Positions 1-18,445 of a stretch of DNA of 64,000 bases are shown in pieces (within the stretch, counting starts at the first letter, position 1; each line of letters starts with the position of its first letter). Location of the stretch: NCBI GenBank assembly GCA_951406725.2, contig OX597840.1, positions 2,542,001 through 2,606,000 on the forward strand, in the 5' to 3' direction. The position numbers and the translations under genes are program-made. Source of the stretch: Octopus vulgaris (lineage: Eukaryota). The notes under the pieces are model-generated. The model worked only from the letters and a program-made list of their open reading frames with translations. It made no database searches and was not told where the DNA came from.

Positions 1-134
1 GAGGAAATTTTATGTGGTTTTCGCTAGTTAATCATGTTTCTACTTTTTCTAAACACTACACGTCTACAAGAGATACTTTCTCGAAACGAATGAATCAGTT
101 TAGCAGGCTTTCAAACACATAATTATTTTACGTA

Positions 135-190
<56 letters not shown>

Positions 191-193
<3 letters not shown>

Positions 194-358
194 TAAAAAC
201 GGTAAGATAACAAAAGAATGAAAGAGACCTCAATATTATGTAAATAGAGGAAATTTATCTGTAAATAACCGAAGAGATGGTGGTGTGGATTTCCACCTCG
301 GCATCCGAAACTTAGAGTTTTATCTTGGCTACCGAATAATTGTCACATATTATTTTAC

Positions 359-361
<3 letters not shown>
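191..361 (+). mobile_element. Short PLE-derived insertion in (TA)n with hammerhead-like motif and inverted tail
   Basis: CCGAAGA (269-275), stem II gatg/ggtg..cacc/catc, GAAAC-TTAGA-GTT (307-319). 'tctgtaaata' (~258-267) is an inverted copy of the terminal 'tattttacaga'. Flanked by (TA)n on both sides. Confidence 0.55.
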
Positions 362-429
<68 letters not shown>

Positions 430-433
<4 letters not shown>

Positions 434-575
434 AAAAAGGGACAAGAACGCAAAACAGCAGGACAACTAGATGATACAAAATGGGACAACAAAACATCCA
501 GATAGACGATACAAAAAAAAGGACGGGTCATTCGAAGCCTTTTATCTTCAATCAAGCACCGGATCATCTTCGCAA
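430..575 (-). repeat. Interspersed TA-associated repeat, homologous to 35262-35432 and 57640-57800
   Basis: Reverse complement aligns with 35278-35430 (ttcgaatgacccgtcc...ttcttgtccc.ttttgta) and abuts (TA)n. Confidence 0.7.
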
Positions 576-799
576 GAGAGAGAGAGAGGGGGAGAGAGAA
601 GGAGAGACTACTATTTTGAACTAATACTGTTCCGTTCCTAATAACGAAAATCCCATTTTTTTTTTCTATTGTATTAGAATGGGTTCTCCGCATGACGTTG
701 CTATCGGATACTTGCTATTAATGAAGCACAATATGGGAAAGGAATACACATTTTGTAATGTCACTGCGGCTGCTGGACGATGTTTCCGTCTTCAACTAA

Positions 800-1048
800 T
801 GTATTCCAAGACGAAATCCGCAGTGAAACGTTATTTTAGCAATATGAGGTGTTACGTTAAGGGTATCGCAGAAGGCCAGATTGGAGTCCCAAACTTCCGA
901 GTTCTTTTACAGGGCTGAGAAAATCTGAAGGACTGCTGCAATACGTGTGGGAATCTGAGAATGAAATAGTTTGGATAAAATCATAACTAAATGATCCTCC
1001 TATAGTTTTCTTTTACCCAAAGCCAGGAATTTTTCCGCACCCCCTCGT
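800..1048 (+). mobile_element. Mariner-derived fragment (3' end with terminal repeat)
   Basis: Shares aagggtatc...gttcttttacagggct...ctgaagga with 35121-35258. Ends in aggaatttttccgcaccccctcg, roughly complementary to the cgagtgggtg..aaattttctg start at 35121. Confidence 0.5.
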
Positions 1049-1264
1049 GCGTATGTGTGTATATAGATATATGTGTTTGTGTGTGTTTGTATGTGCACAT
1101 ATATATACATACATGCCTATATACTTCCCTTGTTTAAAATTATTTATAATTTTCACCTTTAGGGGTATTTTAATATGCTGGCAACGTAGATGGAATTTTT
1201 TGGGGGGAAAAAAATTATATCCTATGTTATAAGTAAATTTATTACCATTCACTTCGGGACTGCT

Positions 1265-2600
1265 TACCACTCAAAGTTGTGGTTCGTGACCGGCCACACA
1301 TTTAAAGAAATAGGATTTTTCTTAGGATGGGGGCAGTACATATCATCATAATCTTTTCGATTTCTCTGAGACATGGTTCTCCTGGGATTTTCTTATCTAC
1401 ATGTTTCTGACACCGCTTTCTCGTCATACCTAGGGCACCTATATTAAACAGGAACAATTCTCGCTTTAAGATGCCACATCTTTTGTATTTCAATTTCCAG
1501 GTCCTTATCTTAACCTAATTTCTCAATTTCCTTTATAGTTAATTTTTTATCAGTGAGAACACGTATATCTATAAATCTACAAGTATTTTCTTCGCTGTCT
1601 TTAATAATAATGTCTGGTCGATTAGCCTGGATTGTTGTGTCAGATTTGACTGGAAAATCCAAAGGATAATGACATTTCTACCTTGACAGACTGGCTGAGG
1701 ATGATGTTTATACCAGTAATCAGTGCTAATATTGTAGTGCTTACATATTTTCCAATGTAACTACTGTACTAGACTATCGTGGCGTTTTTTATATTCGTTT
1801 CGTGTCAGCACTGGACATCTCGATATGAGATGGTCTATTGTTTCGTCAAGTGCATTGCAGAATCTATATTTAGGGTCAGAACCTTTTTGAAGAACTTTAG
1901 CCTGGTTACTTCTTTGAATAAAAGCTTTGATCTTGTGCCAATAAGAAACCTTCAGTCTCTGCTTTCAGTCTTTAACTTCTCAGCCACTGAGGGGTTCTTG
2001 CTTGGTCTGCATCAGCATTTCGGCTTCGAAGTATATACTGTCCATGCAGAGGCATCTGACTCCACCGCTCCTCAGTTTGTTTCTGCCAGTTCTATTTTGC
2101 AGTCTGTTTAACCCATTTTGCTTGTTTTTGGCAGTGCTTTCAGGTTCTTCATCTCATTCAGGGTTAATGCCAAGTTCCCCTGTGAATTTGCGAGCTACCT
2201 TGACAATAGAATATGATATGTGGCTGCTTTCGTGTTTGCACATATCCCGCTGCTTCCAGTTTTCTATACTAGATAAGTACCTCTTCATTGCTATTGTGAA
2301 GGTATTATAACACAGTTCTACCTGCATCATTCCTCTTCTCCCATTACTTCTAGATAGATACAGACGACCAACGTCTGCTCTTGGGTGGTGCATGTTCTTA
2401 GATGATAGTAGTTTTCTTATCTTCCTGTCCAGGAGTTGGAGTTCTGTAAGATTCCCGTTAATAATGTTAAAACTTATTGGACTACCGGAAGTGATAGGGT
2501 GTTAATGGCTTCAATGCGATTTTCAGGGTTGACTTTAGTTTTTAGTAAGAATCTTATTTTCCTGTAATACTCCTTTCTCATTTTTCTTTCATAGTAGCTT
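1265..2600 (-). mobile_element. Decayed R4/Dong-like non-LTR retrotransposon, 3' part (RT end, zinc knuckle, REL endonuclease)
   Basis: Broken frames give HHPRADVGRLYLSRSNGRRG, LHGQY..WLRS..KAESEGF-like and IGALG..IPG..EIEKI..TAPILRKIL motifs. Abuts an (ATT)n tract. Confidence 0.8.
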
Positions 2601-2635
2601 GTATATATTTTTTCTTCACAGTAGCATGGGGTATA

Positions 2636-4556
<1,921 letters not shown>

Positions 4557-5221
4557 AGAAAATGAAATACATTATTATTACTGGTATTAGTCATTATTAT
4601 ATTATATAATTTGACTTCTGTGTGTGTGTATGTGTGATAGTGTGTTTGTCTTGCCCTGAGTTTAGAAACACGAACTCATCACCAGCGTCCGAACATCCCA
4701 CCCCACTCCACCGCCCAAACCCGATTCCTAATAAGAACTCAAGTGTTTGGAATTTCGAAGAGGATTTCACCAGTTGACAATGTCGAAACCTAGAAGCCGA
4801 AGGCATTTTTTCACTATATATTGTATGCAAATGAATAGTTAATTGAAAATAACTAAAATTAGCAAATCTGTGTTATTCATTTAAACTAATTAAAAATGGA
4901 AATTGAGAGCTGGTCTTCATTAGTATGGAATTAAATGTTTGCTCCGCCCCACCGACTTGCCACATCTTGGTTGATGAAGACGGCACAACAAATTTATTCT
5001 TATTTTTTTTTAATACAATAAAGTTCTGTGATAATGAAATTGAAACCTCATCAATACATACACTTCGCTGTCAAGGACAAATCGATTTAACATTCATACG
5101 CTGTGATTGATTTTTCCCCATATGTGGGAGAACATATATACAGGAATTCATAAGTAGCGATATGTACAGTCATGCTTAAGTATAGACACATAGGCACACA
5201 GGTATGTATATTTATTTTTTT

Positions 5222-5652
5222 ATTGCCCAGAGGGGGCTAAACATATAGAGGACAAACAAGGATTAAGTGGATTACATGGATCCCAGTGTGTAACTGGTAC
5301 TTATTTAATCGACCCTGAAAAGATTAAAGTCGACCTCGGCGGAATTTGAACTCAGAACGTAACTCAGACGAAATATCTATTTCTTTACATTTTTCTTCTA
5401 TTTCTTTACTTAAAAATACCGATTTCCTTACTACCCACAAGGGGCTAAACACAGAGAGGACAAACAAGGACAGACAAACGGATTAAGTCGTTTATATAGA
5501 CCCCAGTGCGTAACTGGTACTTATTTAATCGACCCCGAAAAGATGAAAGGCAAAGTCGACCTCGGCGGAATTTGAACTCAGAACGTAACGGCAGACGAAA
5601 TATCGCGTGGCAGTTCGCCCGACCTGCTAACGATTGTGTCAGTTCGCCGTCC
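5222..5652 (-). mobile_element. SINE family 2, two adjacent partial copies
   Basis: Contains aaagtcgacctcggcggaatttgaactcagaacgtaac (B-box-like GAGTTCAAATTCC on the minus strand), as also seen at 24465, 32640 and 40165. Confidence 0.85.
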
Positions 5653-5844
5653 TAGACGTATGTATATTTACATGAATACATACATGTAATATATAAATAT
5701 ATGTGTATGTGTGTGTGTATCTAAGGAGAGGGATTTAAGGACTTCAATCCACATACACATACACACACATAGATACATAACTACAAACATACATGCATAC
5801 ATACATGCAAACATACAAATATATACATACATACATCCAAGCTT

Positions 5845-6165
5845 CCCAGACCGGGCGTTGTGAGTGTTTATTGAGCGAAAACACCTAAAAGCACCACGAG
5901 GCTCCGGCAGGGGATGGTGGTGATCCCTGCTGTACTCTTTCACCACAACTTTCTTTCACTCTTACTTCCTGTTTCTGTTGTACCTGTATTTCAAAGGGCC
6001 GGCCTTGTCACTCTCTGTGTCACGCTGAATATCCCCGAGAACTACGTTAAGGGTACACGTGTCTGTGGAGTGCTCAGCCACTTACACGTTAATTTCACGA
6101 GCAGGTTGTTCCGTTGATTCGAATCAACCGGAACCCTCATCGTCGTAACCGACGGAGTGCTCCCT
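5845..6165 (+). mobile_element. 5'-truncated SINE, body Y + tail Q
   Basis: Body matches 63510-63630. Tail matches the reverse complement of 28440-28615. Confidence 0.75.
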
Positions 6166-6610
6166 ATCCTATTCTACATGCAAGCATACAAACAGATACA
6201 TATATGTATGTGTACGAAATAGATACCTCGATACATAGAGAGAGAAAGAGAGAGAGAGTGATTGAGAGAGACAAATATATAGAAAAAGAGAGAGAGAGAG
6301 GTAGATCTAACAATAAATACTTCAGTTTATGAAAGAACAACATATTCGGAAATCTGCGGCAATGTCAAGAAACACCACTTCATTATTGAGGCAATATATT
6401 TGAAATCACAAAGTTAAACGAATCACCTTTCTTCGTAACAACTTAAATATTTGAGAAATCTCAGACGAACACGACAAAACAGACAAACGCTGTAGGTTAG
6501 GTATAGCAGAAGAATACGATATATATATATATACATATACCCCAAAATATTATTTTTATGTTTCATAAACGAATACTTTCACACACACACACACACAAGC
6601 AGATGCACTC

Positions 6611-6656
<46 letters not shown>

Positions 6657-6783
6657 ATGTGTGTGTGTGTATGTGTGTATGTATCTATGTATGTGCATAT
6701 ATATAAATATATGTATATGTATATATGTATGCGTGTAGATATATGTATATATGTATGTATGTATATGTATGTATGTGTATACA

Positions 6784-6814
<31 letters not shown>

Positions 6815-6819
6815 TTATT

Positions 6820-7033
6820 CATTTACTTGTTTCAGTCTTTTCATTGCGTCCATGCTGGAGTAGCGCCTTGAGTCGAGAAAATCGAGCCCAGGATTTATTC
6901 TTTGTAAGCCTAGTGCTGGTCGTATCGGTCTCCTTTGCCGGACAATTAAGTTTCGAGGACGTAAACATAGCAGCATTCGTTGACAATCGATGTTGGGGAA
7001 AAACACAGACACACAAACATATACACACACATA
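6820..7033 (-). mobile_element. SINE family 1, 3' half
   Basis: tttacttgtttcagtc..gcgtccatgctggag..ttgacaatcgatg matches the family consensus. Confidence 0.8.
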
Positions 7034-7446
7034 TTTAAAAATTTAAAACTTAAAATTTTCATTCTTGCTCTGTTTCGATCATTATTCACTATCAACTGCA
7101 GGTCATGTGACTTGGTCTGTTTGTTTTCCATAGCCAGCTGCAATCCTGTGCGCTGCACAGTTAGAACGCGAGAGCTAAGTAGCTACGAACCGGTTAGTAT
7201 ATATATATATACTGTAGCTGTCTGACTAGCAGTGTGAAGTGGCTGACCTCCCTTGTTCGAAGGTTATAATGGACACAGTTTGTGTGTCATATAGCTAGCT
7301 TAAGGCGATGGCCTCATGGAGCTAATCAGCGACAGCTTTAGTCTTATATCTATAAGACTGCCATATTAATATGGCGATAACAATTAATTTCCAGTAACGC
7401 TGCCGTAATCTCTTTTAGAGAGACTTAGTGATTTTAATATTTCTAT

Positions 7447-7508
<62 letters not shown>

Positions 7509-7710
7509 TAATCATAACATGAAAGCACAGAGAGAAAACACAACAACGCGAGGACGTGGAACAAATATAGTATTATTAGACGCTCAGGAAGGAAGGGAAG
7601 ATGGTGGGAAAAAATCGCCAACGGTACACACGCGGTCACATTTTGAACGTATATATATATATATATATTGAATGTATATATATATTTTTGAATGTATATA
7701 TATATTTTGA

Positions 7711-7822
<112 letters not shown>

Positions 7823-7823
7823 C

Positions 7824-7870
<47 letters not shown>

Positions 7871-8157
7871 TATGTTTGTTGTGTCTGGAGAGAGTCATTC
7901 TATTTAAATGCCTTATTAATTAGCACACTCACGGGTTCCATTTCCACTCCTTTACGTAGTTATTGGTTTACTTAATTATTTACGGAATAAGTTAATATAT
8001 GGCTGGAAATCGAATTGGAGAGTTTGTTAATAGATAAGGCATTTAAAGTGAATGACTTTCCCCAGACACTATAAAATATGCTACAACACGCAAATTCACG
8101 TAAAGAATCTTCAAACCTCAAACGAAAGCGAAATATATACATATATATATATATATA

Positions 8158-8367
8158 TCGCCATGTTGATTCGCTAGCCTCTGCACGCATTTTTTTTCTC
8201 TCCTTGTTTCTCTCCGTGTTTCTTTTCTGTGTATCTTTCTGTTGAAGAGCGTAGGCTCGAAACGTAAAAGACTTGTTTTATTTATATTCCTGAGCGCCAT
8301 ACTAATACAATTGTTTGTTTGTATTCCACCTGCCTTCGTCTTTTGTTTATTTTCATAAAGCTTCCCG

Positions 8368-8369
<2 letters not shown>
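8158..8369 (+). mobile_element. TA-inserted repeat with A6U-variant minimal hammerhead
   Basis: tcttt CTGTTGA a gagc gtag gctc GAAAC GTA aaaga (8234-8271). Second copy at 34790-35010; related piece on the minus strand at 7506-7650. Confidence 0.65.
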
Positions 8370-8415
<46 letters not shown>

Positions 8416-9051
8416 ACACACACACACATACGCAAATACTTACCCAAGGTGCCAATCTGTGGAACTGAACTTGGAAACTTGTGGCTGTGAAATAAACTTA
8501 AATCACAGCCATGCACGCGCCAATATATCCCAGAAAACACCAAAATATCAACATATTTCCAGATTACAAAATTAAGGAGGACAAAATATCATCTCAGCAT
8601 CGTATAAATTTAAGCAATAGAATAAGAGATCTCTTTACAAAAATAACAACATATTCAACACACAAGCATGCCAGCATAACCAATATCCCGACATAACCAA
8701 CACTTTGACGTATCAACACGTTATCATATGGAAAATAGCAAAAATATAGATAAGAGCAAACGGATGACTTGTAGAGTATCCGTTTCGAGTGGCCACTTGA
8801 TATTGATTGGATTCCAAAACAGGGTCAACTAACGGAGTCAGAGTCCGTTGTGTCAATCATTATTGACATATTATATGGAAACGCGTAATTGCAAGAATGC
8901 TGTTGATTTAGCAGAGATATGGAGGACACAGATTGTGCACGGGTAAGGCGCTGGGAGTATGAGGGGGGTTTTATTAATTGGCTGCTGCCATTATTATTAT
9001 TATTATCATTATTATTATTAGTAGTAGTAGTAGTAGCGGTAGCAGCAGCAG

Positions 9052-9091
<40 letters not shown>

Positions 9092-9247
9092 GCTACTGCT
9101 ACTAATACTACTACTATTATTTTTATTTTTATTGTTACTATTATTTTTATAATAATAATAATAATAATAATTATTATTATTATTATTATTATTATTGCTA
9201 CTTTTATTCTAGTTTTCGTTGTTGTTATTCTTAACATTATTATTATT

Positions 9248-9346
<99 letters not shown>

Positions 9347-9719
9347 GCTGTTGTTGTTCTTAGCATTATCATTATTATTGTCATCATTATTATCATTATT
9401 ATCATCAACATTATCATCATCATTATCATCATCATTATTATTATTATTATCATTATTATTGTTATTAATATTATTATTAGCAATATTATTATTATTATTA
9501 CTTCTGTCCTCGTTGAATTTTTCTAATGGTAATATTTGTATTATTAGAGTTAATATTTTTAGTGTTGTTATTATTTTTGTTAATTCTAACAGACACTATG
9601 TTTTAGTCATTTTTATGCTTGTAAAAGTCTCCTACAAGTGTTGTTTTTGATCTTGTAACCGTTCATAGGGTGTATGCTTGCATATATTTAATATAGTATT
9701 ATAGAATATCATAAATGTA

Positions 9720-9754
<35 letters not shown>

Positions 9755-9756
<2 letters not shown>

Positions 9757-9826
9757 CAGTCTGATGAACGGTAACGAGAAACTCAGAGTAACAGATTTTG
9801 TTGAATTTTCTGCTGCTTAAAATAAA

Positions 9827-9827
<1 letters not shown>
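9755..9827 (+). ncRNA. Minimal type I hammerhead ribozyme (single arm of the 37454 family) in (TA)n
   Basis: CTGATGA acg GTAA cga GAAAC TCAGA GTA acag (9761-9794), followed by AATAAA. Confidence 0.65.
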
Positions 9828-9913
<86 letters not shown>

Positions 9914-10414
9914 ATATATATATGTATATAGATAGATAGATAGATAGATAGAGAGAGAGATAGATATATTATGTATCAAGATATATTAACAAGTGGACTT
10001 GAAATTTATTACATTACTTTAGAATGCCACCTGTATGGACAAGAGCCGGCAACACACGTTACATTTAAATAGACGTACATATATGCATACTAAGACACCG
10101 ACATATTTACATACACACAAACACACTTTGGTAAACACATACATACATACATAAGCACTAACAGCAGTAGCAATAATTGACAATTGACTTGTTCTGCTGT
10201 TTACATTAGAAATTGAGATAAATTTCTGCAAGGAGCGAAAGCAAGTAACTGACAGAAGACATACCATGTGCAAATAAAATTATGGAAATAAATATTTATA
10301 AATGAATGTAATACAAGAAAAATAATGTAAAGGAAAAACTTAACCGAAGCTATAACCAATATACGAAAAATAAATAAATTACAGCATACACACACACACA
10401 CACATATATATATG

Positions 10415-10458
<44 letters not shown>

Positions 10459-10675
10459 GTGTGTGTAGCTCTGTGTATATATATATATACGTGCATATAA
10501 ATATATACATACGAACACATAAATATATATAAATATATATAAACATATATACACAAATATATATGTGCATATATATGTGTGTGTGTTTTATATACATATT
10601 GCATATATACATATACATAATATACATATATACATATACGTATATGTATATATATATACGTGTGTGTACGTGTGT

Positions 10676-10712
<37 letters not shown>

Positions 10713-10734
10713 TATGTATATGTATTTGTTGTTT

Positions 10735-10776
<42 letters not shown>

Positions 10777-11059
10777 TGTTTGTATATGTGTGTATGCATG
10801 CATGTATGTATGTATGCATGTATCTGTGTATGAAAAGACATAGGGATAACGAGATAACGAACAAAAACAGCTTTAATATGAATTCGAAAAAATTAACAAC
10901 ACTTATCACACGCCAAAATACCAGTGTAAGTAGAAAATCAAACCTTCCCCCTCTCGATCATTAACCAACAGTATGAAGAAGAATAACATTTACAACCACC
11001 AACACCACCATCATCATCATCATCATCATCGTCATCATCTTCATCAAAGCCTCCATCTT

Positions 11060-11270
11060 GAAAAGCTATATACAGATCAACACCAATAATATAATAGCAA
11101 CGCACTCGGTTATAAGCACTCTTTCGATAATCGTTAAATTCTGGGTTTGTCTTACAAAATATTGCACTTCTAGAAATTTGAATCATCTTGAGAATGTCTC
11201 CTCTTCTAACTAGAAAAAAAGATGTCTGTACGAACACTTCTCCGTACTGTATTGCAACAACGATAGTAAT
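11060..11270 (+). mobile_element. Highly decayed R4/Dong-like 3' end
   Basis: Plus-strand remnants P-I-I..ALG and LQNIALL..ILR, followed by an (AAT)n tract. Confidence 0.4.
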
Positions 11271-11319
11271 ATTAATAGTAGCATTGGTAATAGTATAAAC
11301 ATAGTAATAACAAAAATAA

Positions 11320-12155
<836 letters not shown>

Positions 12156-12485
12156 AAAAGAATATCATGGAATAAAATGATTATATATTGGGAAATAATA
12201 TAAAAAATAATTCAGCGACCATAAATATAGTTAATTGTAGTTTTGTATTATTTTACTGTGTTTTTTTTTATGTGTTTTACACAACCTGCCAAGCAATAAC
12301 ACAAGAGACATAGCGACATAAAAATACTATTAAAAAAGAAATAACAATGACAAATAGCAAATAATAAATATTCAAATAAAAATAGGAAGTCAATGATAGC
12401 GGTACACACTCCATGTTGTCAGCCATTATGGAGACGGTAATGGCATATACATATTCATTTAATTTACATTTTACTGTATGCATAT

Positions 12486-12577
<92 letters not shown>

Positions 12578-12612
12578 GTATATATATATACATATATGTA
12601 TATATATTTATG

Positions 12613-12649
<37 letters not shown>

Positions 12650-12819
12650 GTATGCATGTATATATGTATGCATGTATGTTTACAGACAGATACACACACA
12701 CAGATATACATATATAAATATGCATGTATATGCATATATGTAGATTTGTATGTATATATATATATGTGTGTATATATTTATATATGTGTTTGCGAATTAT
12801 TCATCAGCATACACATACA

Positions 12820-12854
<35 letters not shown>

Positions 12855-13277
12855 TAAAATCTTAGGGTAGCAAAAATATTCATAGAAAAATTCTTAGTTA
12901 CCAGTGGTCTAGCGAGAAAGTATTGGCGACTTGGAGTTTTAACTGCGCTTTCTAGCGAGTCAGATATCCTATTCTCTTTTGTATTTTAATATATATATAT
13001 ATATATATACATATATATAAATATATATATACATATACGCATATACAACTTAGGTATAAATGCCTAACTTTTGTATATATACATATAAGTACATGCACGC
13101 ACACATGCATTCATATATATTTACATGCACACATACAGCTATGTATGTTATACGTGTGTCTGTGTGTCCTTGAATACGCATCTCTATGAGCCGCTGGGCG
13201 TGAGTATATCTGAGTATGCCTGCGTATACATGTATGAATGTATCTGTATACGTATTTATGTTAGTATTTACGCGTAC

Positions 13278-13319
<42 letters not shown>

Positions 13320-13324
13320 GTGTA

Positions 13325-13694
13325 TACTCTTTTACTCTTTTACTTGTTTCAATCATCTGACTGCGGCCATGCTGGAGCACCACCTTTTAGTACTTATTCT
13401 ATCGGTCTCTTTTTGCCGAACCGCTAAGTGACGGGGACGTAAACACACCAGCATCGGTTGTCAAGCAATGCTAGGGGGACAAACACAGACACACAAACAC
13501 ACACACATATACATATATATACATATATACGACAGGCATCTTTCAGTTTCCGTCTACCAAATCCACTCACAAGGCATTGGTCGGCCCGGGGCTATAGCAG
13601 AAGACACTTGCCCAAGATGCCACGCAGTGGGACTGAACCCGCAACCGTGTGGTTGGTTAGCAAGCTACTTACCACACAGCCACTCCTGCGCCTA
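13325..13694 (-). mobile_element. SINE family 1 (tRNA-derived head, CORE-like segment), internally deleted
   Basis: Head ggcgcaggagtggctgtgtggt..ggttcagtccc with A/B-box-like motifs, ttgggcaagtg CORE-like motif, and (AAAAGAGT)n tail. Confidence 0.9.
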
Positions 13695-14078
13695 TGAGTG
13701 TTTGTGTTAAAACAGTCATGCGTGCATATTATCCTATTCACACTTATTCTGATCACTCCTGCATTTAATTGCGTCTGTAATGTTTTGGAAATCTGTGATT
13801 GACAACAATTACAATAACAACGAAACAATATCGATTACGGCAACGACGACCATAATGCAGAACAACACATCATACTACTTCTACTACTACTACTACTACT
13901 ACTACATACTATGACAGTAACAAGAATAATAATATCAAGAATGTCATTACTACAACTAGTAATAATATTAATAATAATAATAATAATAATAAAAATAATA
14001 GTAATAATAATAATAATAATGATGATGATGATGATGATAATGATGATAATAAAATAATGATAATAATGATGATAATAA

Positions 14079-14128
<50 letters not shown>

Positions 14129-14146
14129 TGATGATGATGATGATGT

Positions 14147-14830
<684 letters not shown>

Positions 14831-14846
14831 TAATAATAATAATAAC

Positions 14847-14904
<58 letters not shown>

Positions 14905-16160
14905 GCTTTGATTAGACTGCTAAAGCAACTTATGTAACAGGCAAGCTCAAGTAAACAGCCTCCATTAAATTAGATACCGACACTACTATCAAGGAGCTTG
15001 ACCCACAAGAATGCTTTAAATATCTGGGGATAAACGAAGAAAAGGGTATGCAACATGCTACTGTGATGGAAAGAATACGAAAGGAGTATTACAGAAGAAT
15101 ACGACTCATACTAAAAACTGAACTCATCTTCAAAATCGCATCGAAGCTATCAACACCCTGATACTTTCAGTAGTTCATTAAAATGTTTACATTGTTACTT
15201 GAATATTACAGAACTCCAATACCTGGGTAGGAACCCAAAACAGCTACTAACATCTGAGAGACTGCATCTCCCAAAATCTGATCTGGGTCGTCTGTACCTC
15301 CCTAGATGTAATCGGGGAAGAGAATTGTGCTATAGGACCTCCAACGTAGTAATGAGAAAGTACTTATCTAGTATTGAGGACTGGACGTTGCAGTTTGCTT
15401 GCAAACACAAAAGCAGCAAGAAATCACATTCTCTTGTCAAGGAAGCTTGCTATTCGCAGGGGAATTTGGGCTTAACCCTGAATTAGATGAAGAACCTGAA
15501 AGCATTGCCACAACACAAGCAAAACCGATCAGACTGCAAAATAGAACGGGCAGAAACAAGCAAAAGTATTTACGGAGTATAATAGCCGTGTGTTGAAAGG
15601 AATTCTTAGTTGTTTGGATAATTCACCTTTGGAAACATGGGTGGTTCGTTCAACATCCTTAAACAATCCTTATTCAGGATGAAGAGCGGTGGAGTCAGAA
15701 GCCTTTGCATGGACAGTATATACTTCGAAGCCGAAATGCTGATGTAGAACAAGTTAAGTTAATTTTTTGGCTCAAAAAGCAAAAAGCAAGGCCATGTAAG
15801 GGGACATGGAGTTATGTACAGGGTGGTGTTCATGCAAAGAGTTCAGGCCATTTCTGGTCAAGGGAAACTTTGAACCGAGCGGTCGTCGGCATCTTCACTA
15901 TCTTGTCCGGCAGCTTATTCCACGGATCCGCAACCCGGACGGAGAAAGCCCCTTTCCTTCGATTGAGATGAAATCGTCGCAGATAGAGCTTTTCGAAGTG
16001 ACCCCGTAGCCGACGCTCTGGAGCAGGAGTGAAAAACAGCACTTTAACGACCCATCAGTGGCTGAGAAGTTAAGGACTGAAAGCAGAGACTATAGGTTTC
16101 ATATTGGCGACACAAGATAATATCTTGTTTACGAAAAACTACCAGTCTAACGTTCTTCAA
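14905..16160 (+). mobile_element. Decayed R4/Dong-like LINE, interrupted by other repeats
   Basis: FKYLGINE, LHLPKSDLGRLYLPR, LHGQYILRS and WLRS..LKAETIGFILATQD motifs. Homologous to 1265-2600 and starts at an (AAT)n tract. Confidence 0.75.
15752..16042 (-). mobile_element. CR1-like LINE 3' end
   Basis: RLRGHFEKLY..FSVRVADPWNKLP. Near-identical to 42024-42320; ends in an aactt-repeat tail. Confidence 0.9.
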
Positions 16161-16479
16161 ACATAATTATTCCGGGAGCCTATGATACCACCTCGCATAT
16201 ACTTATGAAGAAGTGATACACACTCATATACGTGTTGCATGATTATATACAGACACGAACCAGAGATAAACCACACACGCTTACACGCACTTATACAAAC
16301 ACAGATACATATGTATGCATGTCTTTCTTGGCCATCTTGGGGGGACCAAAAACGTAACAAATATTTAGCCATGTGAACATGATCCAAAACGTTTGGTTCT
16401 TGAATTTAGACATGTAGTGGAGTCTCATGTATATCTTTATTCACTTATATTTCAAGACTTCTTTCTACTTGAGAGAGAG

Positions 16480-17057
16480 AGGGGGGCTGGTTTCTAAGCT
16501 AGACCTAAGGCTCCTTCATTGGAATTTCAACATCAACAACAGGGTATTTTTGTATATATATATTTTATCTTTTATATTTTACTTGTTTCAGTCATTAAAT
16601 TGCGGCGATGCTGGAGCACCACCTTGTGTGCTGGGACACTACCTTGAGTGCTGGGCACCGTACAGAATTGCATGTTTTCTTTTCTATATGTATTCTCATG
16701 CATATAGTTACATATCTAGACATACTCATATATACTTAAATGATAAACTTCTAGAAAGTTTTACAGACTTTTGCAGTTCCTAGGATGGTTTGGATCTGCA
16801 GTCTTCGAAACAGCTTTCCTCTTTCTTGTTTTAAGAACCGCAATTTCTCAAGATTTAGGCAGTGTGTTACATATCCTAGTACCCCCATAATTACATGTAT
16901 AAACCTGACCTTGTAATCTGGATAAAGTAGCTGTAGATTCCACAGGTAGCTGAACGTAGGTATTTTCTGTTAAGCTGATCTTTAGCTTTTTGTCAACTTC
17001 CGCTGGGCAACTGGTTTCCACAACTCTACACAGTTTCTCTACTCTAATCCAAATTAC
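16480..17057 (-). mobile_element. REL-endonuclease LINE 3' end next to (TATG)n
   Basis: Minus-strand remnants [33 protein letters not shown] and LQIQTILGT.KVCKTF. Confidence 0.6.
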
Positions 17058-17268
17058 TATGTATGTATGTATGTATGTATGTATGTATGTATGTATTTAT
17101 GTATGTATGTATGTATGTATGTATGTATGTATGTATATGTGGATGAATGGATGGAGGGAGGGAGGGATGGACTTTTCTATGTATGTATAGATTGGTAAGT
17201 AGATAGAAAGTCAGACAGATAAACAGATGGAGAGACGGACAGACATATAGTTAGATAGATAGATAGAT

Positions 17269-17319
<51 letters not shown>

Positions 17320-17368
17320 AGGATAGATAGGTAAATAGATAGATAGATAAATAGATAGATAGATAATC

Positions 17369-17427
<59 letters not shown>

Positions 17428-17428
17428 G

Positions 17429-17486
<58 letters not shown>

Positions 17487-18162
17487 CAAAAGAGATAGAA
17501 ATAGGGAGTGATAAGGCGAGTTAAAATTTGAACGTACGACAGTGAAGCACACACTCAAACAATGGTATACATACTCACATACACACCCTACACATATACG
17601 CTCGTACATACCCGCATCTAAATACATACGCACATTCATATGTAACGATATCCGCATATAAACGCCCATATATTCGTACACAAACACATACGTAGAGACA
17701 GTCATACATACATATATTCATTCATGCGTCATACTTTGACACATAAATACATACACCGCCTCAGTAACTCTGGAGTTTCATATTTTTCCTTGCAGTTTTC
17801 CTTTAACTAATAAAGTGAATAATTTCACACAGTTTCCCTCCTTCTAAATTAACAAGTTCATTGGCCATCTCACACTGCTACCCTTTTAAACACTTCCTCC
17901 ATGTTTATTTCTTTGTTTGTCTGTTTGTTGTTTTATATTCCTTTTTGCGTAATTTCTCCCTATTTACGCTTCCATAGATAACATTATTATAATCATATCG
18001 CCATACGTCTTCCATACTTCCATACCCATAAAATAATATATTAACTACCTCTGCTTATCTGTGACTCTCGTCCCCACTTTCTCTCCCTGTAAATATTTGC
18101 ATCAATATATATACATATATATATAATATATATATATGTGTGTATGTATATCTGTGTGAATG

Positions 18163-18227
<65 letters not shown>

Positions 18228-18342
18228 ATATATATACATATATATACATGCCTGCATAAACAACATCTATAATTTACATGTATGCATTTGAATCTATAAA
18301 CACATAATATATAATATATAACTGCATATAACTAACTATATT

Positions 18343-18445
<103 letters not shown>

